Shown: in pieces, positions 45,038 to 52,189 of the stretch
How the letters are laid out: each line of letters begins with the position of its first letter
Numbering within the stretch: position 1 is the first letter of the stretch
Origin: an uncultured Clostridium sp.
Lineage (GTDB): Bacteria > Bacillota > Clostridia > Lachnospirales > Lachnospiraceae
Length of the DNA: 64,000 bases
Reading direction: 5' to 3'
NCBI GenBank assembly: GCA_937885015.1
Contig: CALAAS010000003.1
Coordinates: forward strand, 295 to 64,294
Program-made: the position numbers and the translations under genes
The notes under the pieces: generated by a model
Told to the model about the DNA's origin: nothing
What the model saw: only the letters and a program-made list of their open reading frames with translations
Databases searched by the model: none

Positions 45038-46240
45038 CTACCCTCTGTCTGTATCCTTTTTCATTCCCTGTGCCGGAATTTTGATGCCTCTTTCCTGTCT
45101 CAGCTCCCGAACATAATCCATAGCCCCTTCCGTCTGAGCCAAGAGTCCATGGACCGAAGAAAACAACAAAATTTCAGTCTGAACCCGACTGATTTCCTCC
45201 AGTGTCTCCCTGACCTGCTCTGCAGCCTGGCCCATCACCGGAGCGAGCATGCCCTCCCGCAGAAGAAACTCCACCGCCTCTTCCGTCGTATTCATTGACC
45301 GCAGAGCTGCGGATTTCCGAAATCCGGCCTTTCTGGCACATTGCTCCAAAATTTCCATTCTCCGGTCTCCGAAACGCGAATGGGTATTGAGAACACCTCC
45401 GGCCACCTTTACCAGCTTTCCCACATGCCCCGCCAGAAGCACTCTGGAAATCCCTTCTTCCTCCAGCATCCGAAATGTCTCGCCTATGTAGTTACTGCAT
45501 TTTACAAAAGCATCCATGGAAAGTCCCATCTCTTCCCGTAAAAAACGCTCTCCGTAATTTCCCGGCGCCACTGCCAGAAGCTTCTGGCCCTGGGCAGCCC
45601 GCACCCGGATATCCAGGCGTATCGTTGCCAGCAGCGCATCTTCACTCATGGGATTTACAACACCGCTGGTTCCCAGGACAGAAAGACCGCCCACGATCCC
45701 CAGATTGGGGTTGAACGTCCGGACTGCCAGCCGTTCTCCCTCCGGTATAGAGACAACCAGCCAAAGCGGTCTGCCAGCCTGCCCGGCCTGATTTCTGGCT
45801 CTCTGGGCCTCCGCAAAAATCATGGCCCTGGGAACGGGATTGATAGCCGGATATCCTACGGGGCAGGAAAGTCCTGCCTTCGTCACGGTTCCGACCCCCA
45901 TTCCCCCTGTCAGATATAACCCCGGATACTCCGGTGATTCATAAAACCGGTATTTCTGCTCCGGCGCCTTCCCCGCATAAACCAACGCCCCCACCTCTGT
46001 ACCATTGGTCACATCCGGGTCATCGCCTGCGTCTTTCTCCACAAAACAGGCCGCCATCCCTTCCGTTTTCTCCGTCCTCTTCAGTTCAAACTGCGCATCC
46101 TGACCGGAAGGTGTCCGGATCCAGACATTCTCTGGACATTTTCCCGTTAAACACAGCAAAACGGCGGCCCGGACACAGGCCGCCGCACACGTTCCCGTCG
46201 TAAATCCGCTCCTTGGCTTCCTCGCTTCCTCCACCGCCAC
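45038..46240 (-). CDS. cbiD: Cobalt-precorrin-5B (C1)-methyltransferase
   Basis: N-terminal RSGFTTGTCAAA signature. GTG start(s) at 46240 or 46234, downstream of AAGGAGG. Confidence 0.88.
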   Translation of the reverse strand: MAVEEARKPRSGFTTGTCAAACVRAAVLLCLTGKCPENVWIRTPSGQDAQFELKRTEKTEGMAACFVEKDAGDDPDVTNGTEVGALVYAGKAPEQKYRFYESPEYPGLYLTGGMGVGTVTKAGLSCPVGYPAINPVPRAMIFAEAQRARNQAGQAGRPLWLVVSIPEGERLAVRTFNPNLGIVGGLSVLGTSGVVNPMSEDALLATIRLDIRVRAAQGQKLLAVAPGNYGERFLREEMGLSMDAFVKCSNYIGETFRMLEEEGISRVLLAGHVGKLVKVAGGVLNTHSRFGDRRMEILEQCARKAGFRKSAALRSMNTTEEAVEFLLREGMLAPVMGQAAEQVRETLEEISRVQTEILLFSSVHGLLAQTEGAMDYVRELRQERGIKIPAQGMKKDTDRG

Positions 46241-46257
46241 ATCCTCCTTATTGCTCC

Positions 46258-46286
46258 ATTATATGGGATTTAATTATTTTTTTCAA
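46258..46286 (-). promoter_or_regulatory. Near-consensus sigma-A promoter directly upstream of cbiD
   Basis: Minus strand: -35 TTGAAA (46281-46286, overlapping the SASP stop codon), 17-nt spacer, -10 TATAAT (46258-46263). The RBS AAGGAGG begins about 9 nt after the -10. Confidence 0.55.
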
Positions 46287-46537
46287 TCATTTTCAATCCC
46301 GGCTTTTTCTTCCGCAGCTTCCTGTTCCATCCGTTTCATTTCTCTTTTTTTTCGGGTAATCAACCCACCGATGCGGCCGCTTTCTTTAGCGGTAAGACTT
46401 CTCCATCCGCTTTCCAGAACCTTGTCCGCCAGTCCAAGCTCCGATGCAATTTCAAATTTCATTGCCTCCTCCGGCGTCAGATTGGACGGATCCAATGACA
46501 CTCCCCGTTTGTTTGATTTTTTCATAAAAAGGCACAC
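46283..46537 (-). CDS. Alpha/beta-type small acid-soluble spore protein
   Basis: TPEEAMKFEIASELGL and GRIGGLITRK match the two conserved SASP blocks. The likely start is the ATG at 46525 (GGAAAGGAGTG upstream). Confidence 0.75.
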   Translation of the reverse strand: MCLFMKKSNKRGVSLDPSNLTPEEAMKFEIASELGLADKVLESGWRSLTAKESGRIGGLITRKKREMKRMEQEAAEEKAGIEND

Positions 46538-46572
46538 TCCTTTCCGCTGCCCTGCGGCAGTTCCTGTACTCA

Positions 46573-46601
46573 GAGTATGCCCGTTCTCTTTTTATTTATG
46601 C
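46573..46601 (-). promoter_or_regulatory. Forespore sigma-G/F-like promoter candidate for the SASP gene
   Basis: Minus strand: GCATA (46597-46601), 17-nt spacer, CATACTC (46573-46579). The Bacillus sigma-G consensus is GHATR-17/18-CATXHTA. Confidence 0.4.
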
Positions 46602-47600
46602 TTCTGTTGAAAAATTTACGATAATCTTCCCCGCCTCACATTCCAGTTCCATGTATTTCTGACTCCCACTGCTCTGAGCCGATCCATGATGGCCGGACCA
46701 AACCTCGCCATCCACCAGAATTTCTCCGGAATGATTCTCTGCCGCAATCCGGTAATCGTCCCTGGCTCCATCCAGCACCAGGATCACATTTCCCCTCTCT
46801 GCTTCTGCCTCCAGGCCTCTGTTAATCCGCCCGTTTGCCACAATTTTTCCGGCACTGGCTCCCATTGAGGCTGTCTCTGCCTCAAAATATTCAATAGAAA
46901 TTGTACCAGTTTCCGCCTCTGCCTCTAGGTATTCCGCCTGCAAACTGCCGGCCTCCAGCTCTCCATTTCCAGTCTCCAGCTCCAGCTCCCGCAGGACCGC
47001 TGCGGATGGAATCTGCACAACCATCTGCAGCCTGTTTCCATTCGTCCCGTTCCCTTTCTTGCAGGAAAGAGTAATCTCCGCCTCCCCTGCCTCTTCCTCG
47101 ATATTTACCCAGAGTTCCGGGGCATCCGACACATATATGGCAATCTCCTGACCGTCATCCTCTCTCTCTTCCACCCGGACATTGCCCCACTGGGCCGACA
47201 CCTTCAGCCGGGTAATCCCATCCAGGGTATCAAAAAGCTCCATCTTCTCCACCGATGCCCCGGTTCCATTCCCGGCTCCGGCGCCACTTCCAACCCCGGC
47301 TCTGTTTCCGGCTCCGGCACCATTTCCCATCCCAGCTTCACTGTCCACCGATTGATTTTCCAGATCTTTGCAGGAATTCGGATCCTGAACGCGCTCCCTT
47401 TTCATAAGTCCTCCCAGATGTCGGTGAAAATCATATTCCAGCCGCTCATCCAGCTCATCAAGATTGCTCAGCTGCTCCAGACTGTGAAATCCTCCGGAAA
47501 CCCCGCCTGCAGCTGCCGCCACTGCCGAAATTCCGATTCCTCCCAGCACCAGAGCCGCACCGCCAATTAAAGTTCCCTTTACCCACCGCTTCATACGCAT
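46596..47600 (-). CDS. DUF4097-like beta-strand repeat protein (LiaG-like putative adhesin), membrane anchored
   Basis: N-terminal TM (GTLIGGAALVLGGIGISAVAAAA), a Gly/Ala/Asn low-complexity linker (GAGAGNRAGVGSGAGAGNG) and a repetitive beta-rich C-terminus. Third gene of a PadR-DUF1700-DUF4097 arrangement. Confidence 0.6.
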   Translation of the reverse strand: MRMKRWVKGTLIGGAALVLGGIGISAVAAAAGGVSGGFHSLEQLSNLDELDERLEYDFHRHLGGLMKRERVQDPNSCKDLENQSVDSEAGMGNGAGAGNRAGVGSGAGAGNGTGASVEKMELFDTLDGITRLKVSAQWGNVRVEEREDDGQEIAIYVSDAPELWVNIEEEAGEAEITLSCKKGNGTNGNRLQMVVQIPSAAVLRELELETGNGELEAGSLQAEYLEAEAETGTISIEYFEAETASMGASAGKIVANGRINRGLEAEAERGNVILVLDGARDDYRIAAENHSGEILVDGEVWSGHHGSAQSSGSQKYMELECEAGKIIVNFSTEA

Positions 47601-47621
47601 CCTCCTCTGCTATCATATCTT

Positions 47622-48479
47622 TTATCCAATCTGCTGTGCCAGCCGATCGCCGACACGCTTAACCAACTGCACTGCCCATCGGCAGATCCAGGGAAGAAAT
47701 TTTCCATAAAACAGGAAACAGCAATGGAACAGAAGCAGACCGCCTCCCACAGACGCCATTCCCAATCCCACAAACATAAGTCCAACCCAGAAGCTGCCAA
47801 ACATCTGGCCAAATCCCAAAAACACCAGGCTGATTCCGCCGATAAATGCCGCCACCGTCAACAGTCCCAGAACCAAAAGCATGGCCAGAAGCGTCAGAAC
47901 AACTCCAAATGCGCTTCCAATGGCTCCGAATGCCAGAGACAGGAGCAGAGGGGCCAAAATCAGCAGTCCGAATCCAACCAATACGTAGATCCAGGTAGGT
48001 TTTTTCTCCTTGCCGCCGGCCTTTTTTGCTGTCTCCTCGCTTCTTTTCGCCGCCCGGTTTCCCCATGGAGCTGAATGCCTCCGAGAAGATCCTGCCGTTG
48101 TCCACCCTTCCTCCTTCCCGGAAGGGCCTGACTGCCTCCAGCCTGATTCTCCCACCGCAGGAGGACAGGAGGCTGCTCCAAAACGATCGTCGGTATAGCC
48201 GCGATCCGTAAATTCACCGCCCTGCTCCATGCCGCCCATCAGATCTACCCGGATCATGGAAGCAATCCTCTCCGGACTTCCGAATTCCTGCAGCACATCC
48301 TCCTCGCGTTCCGGTCCGGCCTCTTCCAGATAATCCCGGTAATAATCAATGGCATCTCTCTTATCCTCCTCTGAAATATCCTGAAGAAGATATTCCAGCT
48401 GGCTTAAAAATTCATCTTTTTTCATCATCTTCATCCCTCCCCAAGAATTTCCGAAATCCGGCTGGAATATACGCTCCAC
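47622..48479 (-). CDS. DUF1700-like membrane protein (HAAS-type anti-repressor candidate)
   Basis: N-terminus MKKDEFLSQLEYLLQDISEEDKRDAIDYYRDYLEEAG, typical of DUF1700, with C-terminal multi-TM segments. The likely start is at 48428 or 48425, just after the padR stop. Confidence 0.6.
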   Translation of the reverse strand: MERIFQPDFGNSWGGMKMMKKDEFLSQLEYLLQDISEEDKRDAIDYYRDYLEEAGPEREEDVLQEFGSPERIASMIRVDLMGGMEQGGEFTDRGYTDDRFGAASCPPAVGESGWRQSGPSGKEEGWTTAGSSRRHSAPWGNRAAKRSEETAKKAGGKEKKPTWIYVLVGFGLLILAPLLLSLAFGAIGSAFGVVLTLLAMLLVLGLLTVAAFIGGISLVFLGFGQMFGSFWVGLMFVGLGMASVGGGLLLFHCCFLFYGKFLPWICRWAVQLVKRVGDRLAQQIG

Positions 48480-48781
48480 TCGCCTCTGTAGAGATTCAGC
48501 TGCGCCCGACCCGACTCTGTAATCTTATAATACCTTCGGTTCCGGCCGTCAATCGCCCGGTCGTACGTATCCAGACATGCCTCTTTCTGGAGGCGGCGGA
48601 GCACCGGATACAGGGTTGACTCCGATATGTCAATCGCCTGCCTGACATCCTGGGTAATTTTATAGCCATAGGTCCCCTCTGCCGCTTTCGAGACCACTGC
48701 CAGCACCACAGCGTCCAGAAGCGCTGCTCCCGTATTAAAAACCATACTGCCACTCCTTTCCTGAGCATGATACCAGTTCAT
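48431..48781 (-). CDS. PadR-family transcriptional regulator
   Basis: YGYKITQDV....STLYPVLRRLQKEACL......GRNRRYYKITESGR winged-helix signature. The likely start is the Met at 48745 (GGAAAGGAGTGGCAGT before the ATG). Confidence 0.85.
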   Translation of the reverse strand: MNWYHAQERSGSMVFNTGAALLDAVVLAVVSKAAEGTYGYKITQDVRQAIDISESTLYPVLRRLQKEACLDTYDRAIDGRNRRYYKITESGRAQLNLYRGEWSVYSSRISEILGEG

Positions 48782-48882
48782 TCAGTTCTTCTGAAAATAT
48801 AACGAACCTGTATCCTTTTTCCCTTCAACAATATTATACAAAGTATCAATATTATTGTATTTTATATATTGTTTTCTTCTTG

Positions 48883-48903
48883 ATATTATATATTATATAA
48901 TAT
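48883..48903. promoter_or_regulatory. Perfect 10-1-10 AT palindrome, candidate PadR operator
   Basis: ATATTATATA-T-TATATAATAT at 48883-48903, immediately downstream of the predicted -10 of the padR promoter. Confidence 0.4.
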
Positions 48904-48912
48904 TGTATTTGT

Positions 48913-48941
48913 ATTATAATCAGTCCAGGGGGTCTTGTCAA
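48913..48941 (-). promoter_or_regulatory. Consensus sigma-A promoter of the padR operon
   Basis: Minus strand: -35 TTGACA (48936-48941), 17-nt spacer, -10 TATAAT (48913-48918). Confidence 0.65.
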
Positions 48942-48994
48942 GTTTTTTATGTCAAAGGCAGAGAAGAGTCCGATATGCTTCTTTCCTGTAACAG

Positions 48995-49044
48995 AAAAAG
49001 ACAGATAGCCTCTGTGATCATTCACAAAAGCTATCCGTCTTTTT
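48995..49044 (-). terminator. Rho-independent terminator of rpsA
   Basis: Stem GACGGATAGC/GCTATCTGTC on the minus strand, where the single mismatch is a G-U wobble only in the minus-strand RNA. It is followed by TTTTTCTG. Confidence 0.7.
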
Positions 49045-49070
49045 AAAGGGCAATGCCCGTTATAATTTTA

Positions 49071-50201
49071 TTAGTCTTCCTGAGCTGCTACAGCCTCAAT
49101 GTCCACATCTGCAATGTCAGCGTCTGCAGCCGGAGCCTGATTCTCAAGTGCCTTCATGCTAAGGCTGATCTTGCGGTCATCCTCGTTGAAGTCAACTACC
49201 TTTGCAGCGATGATCTGACCTACGCTCAGTACATCGGAGGGTTTGTCAACATGCTCTCTGGAGATCTGAGATACATGCAGGAGCGCATCAACGCCCGGCT
49301 CCAGCTCTACGAATGCGCCGAAGTCTGTCATACGTGCTACTCTTCCCTCTACCACGTTGCCTACCGCATACTTCTCAGCTGCGTTTGCCCACGGATTGGT
49401 CTCCGGGAACTTCAGGCTCAGAGCAATCTTCTCGCCGTTGATATCCTTAATCAGCGCTGTAACCTGATCGCCAACCTTGAATACCTTCTTCGGATTCTCA
49501 ACTCTGCCCCAAGACATCTCAGAGATATGGAGAAGTCCGTCTGCTCCGCCCAGATCAATGAATGCGCCAAAATCTGTCACATTCTTTACAACACCCTCAA
49601 CCGTCTGGCCAACTGCAATTCTCTCAAATAATTCCTTCTGCATCTCAGCCTTCTTCTCAAGCAGAATCTGCTTGCGGTCGCCGATGATGCGGCTTCTTCT
49701 TCCGCCCGGATTGAACTCGGTCACTACAAACTCAATCTCCTGGCCGGCATATTTCGATAAATCCCTGTCATACGTATCAGAAACCATGCTGGCAGGAATA
49801 AACACGCGGGTTCCCTCAACTTCAACAACAAGACCTTTTTCCATAACCTGAGTTACTTTTTCCGTCAGGACTTCATGGTTCTCAAAAGCTTCTTTCAGAC
49901 GTTTTAACCCCTTGTCGGCAGCCAGTCTCTTGTAAGATAAGGATGCCATTCCCTCTCCGTCGTTAACCTTCAGAACCTTTGCCTCCAGCTCGTCGCCGAC
50001 CTGAACTTTCGTTCTCAAATCCACGCCCGGCTCGTTGGTAAATTCGCTTCTTGTGATGATGCCTTCGGATTTGCTTCCAGCGATGCTGAGAATAATCTCG
50101 TCTTCTTTCACACCGATAACCTGACCGGTAACAGCCTCTCCTGTACGTAATCTTTTGAATGATGATTCTTCAAACATTTGTTCAAAACTTAATTCTGACA
50201 T
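49071..50201 (-). CDS. rpsA: 30S ribosomal protein S1 (four S1 domains)
   Basis: 376 aa with four repeats of the S1 OB-fold pattern (G..V.G.V......G.F.....G..GL.H.SE). RBS GAGGAGG 9 nt upstream of the ATG, inside the ispH 3-prime end. Confidence 0.9.
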   Translation of the reverse strand: MSELSFEQMFEESSFKRLRTGEAVTGQVIGVKEDEIILSIAGSKSEGIITRSEFTNEPGVDLRTKVQVGDELEAKVLKVNDGEGMASLSYKRLAADKGLKRLKEAFENHEVLTEKVTQVMEKGLVVEVEGTRVFIPASMVSDTYDRDLSKYAGQEIEFVVTEFNPGGRRSRIIGDRKQILLEKKAEMQKELFERIAVGQTVEGVVKNVTDFGAFIDLGGADGLLHISEMSWGRVENPKKVFKVGDQVTALIKDINGEKIALSLKFPETNPWANAAEKYAVGNVVEGRVARMTDFGAFVELEPGVDALLHVSQISREHVDKPSDVLSVGQIIAAKVVDFNEDDRKISLSMKALENQAPAADADIADVDIEAVAAQED

Positions 50202-51033
50202 TAGTATGAACCTCCTCGATAATTTGATTCGGGGTTGATGCCCCGGCTGTAATACCTACGCTGCGCACAGTACCTGCCTTATCAGGTTTGAAATCGTCCA
50301 GTGTCTGGATATAGTAAGTATCCTTACATTCCTTTCGGCAAATCTCATACAACTTTTGAGTGTTAGAACTGTTCCTTCCTCCAATAACAATCATAACATC
50401 AACCTGCGAAGCTATCTGCCTTGCTTCCACCTGTCTCTCCTGTGTTGCATTGCAAATCGTATTTAAAACAAGTATATCATAATACGTTTTTGAAATTTTT
50501 TCAACTATATCTTGAAATTTATTGTAGTTAAATGTCGTCTGCGCCACGATGCATAGCTTTTCATCCGCCGGAAGCTTCCATTTTTCCAGTTCACCGGCAG
50601 ATTCAATCACTATAGTCTTCTCATTTCCCCATCCTTTTATTCCTTCCACCTCCGGATGGCTTTCGTTCCCCACGATCACAACCCGTCTTCCCGACTCGGA
50701 CTGCTCCCTGGCAATTTTATGAATTTTCTTTACAAACGGACAGGTGGCATCCACAAGTTCGACCCCCCGCTCCTTTAGAATTTCATAAATATTCCGCCCT
50801 ACCCCGTGGGAACGGATAATCACAACTCCTTCTGTCAAAGCCTCCAGTTCTTTGACAGACTCAATGACCTGTACCCCTTTCTCCTCCAGGTCCCGCACCA
50901 CTTCCTCATTGTGGATAATGGGACCAAAGGTATAAATCGGCTTTTTCCCTGTTTCAATCTGCTCATAAACCCGTTCCACCGCCCGCTTTACGCCAAAACA
51001 AAAACCGGCTGTCTTTGCAACCACTACCTCCAT
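50182..51033 (-). CDS. ispH: 4-hydroxy-3-methylbut-2-enyl diphosphate reductase
   Basis: 283 aa. GFCFGVKRAV, HNEEVV, DATCPFV and SSNT motifs, including the three Fe-S cysteines. Confidence 0.92.
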   Translation of the reverse strand: MEVVVAKTAGFCFGVKRAVERVYEQIETGKKPIYTFGPIIHNEEVVRDLEEKGVQVIESVKELEALTEGVVIIRSHGVGRNIYEILKERGVELVDATCPFVKKIHKIAREQSESGRRVVIVGNESHPEVEGIKGWGNEKTIVIESAGELEKWKLPADEKLCIVAQTTFNYNKFQDIVEKISKTYYDILVLNTICNATQERQVEARQIASQVDVMIVIGGRNSSNTQKLYEICRKECKDTYYIQTLDDFKPDKAGTVRSVGITAGASTPNQIIEEVHTNVRIKF

Positions 51034-51058
51034 CTTCCTCTTCCCCTTTTGTACTTTC

Positions 51059-52015
51059 TTATTGCTGCGACGGAATTCTGACGCCGGCCAAGCGAAGAAA
51101 CTCCCGCATGGCGGCCGTCATATACCGCCCTTTTTTCATGACAAAGCTGACGGTTCTCTGAGCCAGAGGATCATCCAGCTTATAATAAATCAGCCGCCCG
51201 TCATCTGGAAGATATTTTATCATATCTGCCCGCACAAACAAAGCCCCAATCCCATTGCAGGCAATATTCATGGAAGTCATAATCTGATCCAGTTCCATCA
51301 CAATCCGCATGGAAAAGCCGCGATTCCGGCACATGGCAATACTCCGATTATAAATATCATTTCCCGGTTTCAGCGTAATAAACGGCGTATCTTTAAAACT
51401 TCCCAGCGGCACCGGCTCCACGCTTGTCTTCAGATATTTTTCCGAGACAATATCCTGATGGGTTAAACGGTATGGCTGAAATCGCCGGTTGATGGGAAAA
51501 GAAGCCGGAACAGCCAGAATGATGTTTTCGTTTTTATAGAAAATACGCTGTACCAGAGGTTCCGCCTCTGTCACAGCTGTCTCAATAACCAGATCCAGCG
51601 TTCCCTCAAAAAGTCCCTCCTTCAGCTCCTTGATATTGCCCTCCACCAGATCAATGGCGATATTCGGATATTTACTGCGAAACTTTCCGATAATGTCCGG
51701 AAAAACAAAAGAACAGAAAAAGGAGGAACCTCCCAGAGAAAGAGACCCCTGCTTCATCTCCCCCAGATCCTCGAAATACTCCCTCCTATTTTTCTGAATC
51801 TGCAGCATCTGCTCAATGGAGCGAATGTAATAATCCCCCTCTTTCGTGACGGTCAGGGGAATGGTACTCCGGTCAAAAATCGGAGTACCGATTTCCTTCT
51901 CCGCCTTTTTGACCATATTGCTGAGCGCAGGCTGGCTGATAAATAATTTCTTGGCCGCCTTTGAAAAGCTTTTCTCCTGGTACACTGCATATACGTATTT
52001 CATTTCACTGATCAA
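51059..52015 (-). CDS. LysR-family transcriptional regulator
   Basis: N-terminal HTH VYQEKSFSKAAKKLFISQPALSNMVKKAEKEIG plus a substrate-binding domain; 318 aa. Confidence 0.9.
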   Translation of the reverse strand: MISEMKYVYAVYQEKSFSKAAKKLFISQPALSNMVKKAEKEIGTPIFDRSTIPLTVTKEGDYYIRSIEQMLQIQKNRREYFEDLGEMKQGSLSLGGSSFFCSFVFPDIIGKFRSKYPNIAIDLVEGNIKELKEGLFEGTLDLVIETAVTEAEPLVQRIFYKNENIILAVPASFPINRRFQPYRLTHQDIVSEKYLKTSVEPVPLGSFKDTPFITLKPGNDIYNRSIAMCRNRGFSMRIVMELDQIMTSMNIACNGIGALFVRADMIKYLPDDGRLIYYKLDDPLAQRTVSFVMKKGRYMTAAMREFLRLAGVRIPSQQ

Positions 52016-52029
52016 GCCGATTCCCTCCA

Positions 52030-52091
52030 GTCATATCTTCTGTCATATCCCCTATATTAGCATATTGTCATATTTCCTATATTAACATATT
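52030..52091. promoter_or_regulatory. Direct-repeat cluster upstream of the LysR gene (candidate operator sites)
   Basis: CCTATATTAGCATATT (52051-52066) and CCTATATTAACATATT (52076-52091) match at 15 of 16 positions. GTCATAT(C/T) occurs three times (52030, 52042, 52067). Confidence 0.3.
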
Positions 52092-52097
52092 ATCTGC

Positions 52098-52144
52098 AAA
52101 AAAAGAACGGGATGCTGTTCATTCCACTCATTTCACAGCATCCC
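52098..52144 (-). terminator. Rho-independent terminator of the TRAP permease gene
   Basis: 10-bp stem GGGATGCTGT/ACAGCATCCC (52109-52118 pairs with 52135-52144), followed on the minus strand by GTTCTTTTTTT. Confidence 0.7.
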
Positions 52145-52189
52145 GCACAGCTTCTGACAGGCGAACTATCATTTTTATGTCTAACCGGC

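Noticed and set aside
48855-49046. 63-aa ORF in the AT-rich region upstream of padR.
   Set aside because: It lies over the padR promoter, palindrome and rpsA terminator. It has extreme AT-rich codon composition and no RBS.
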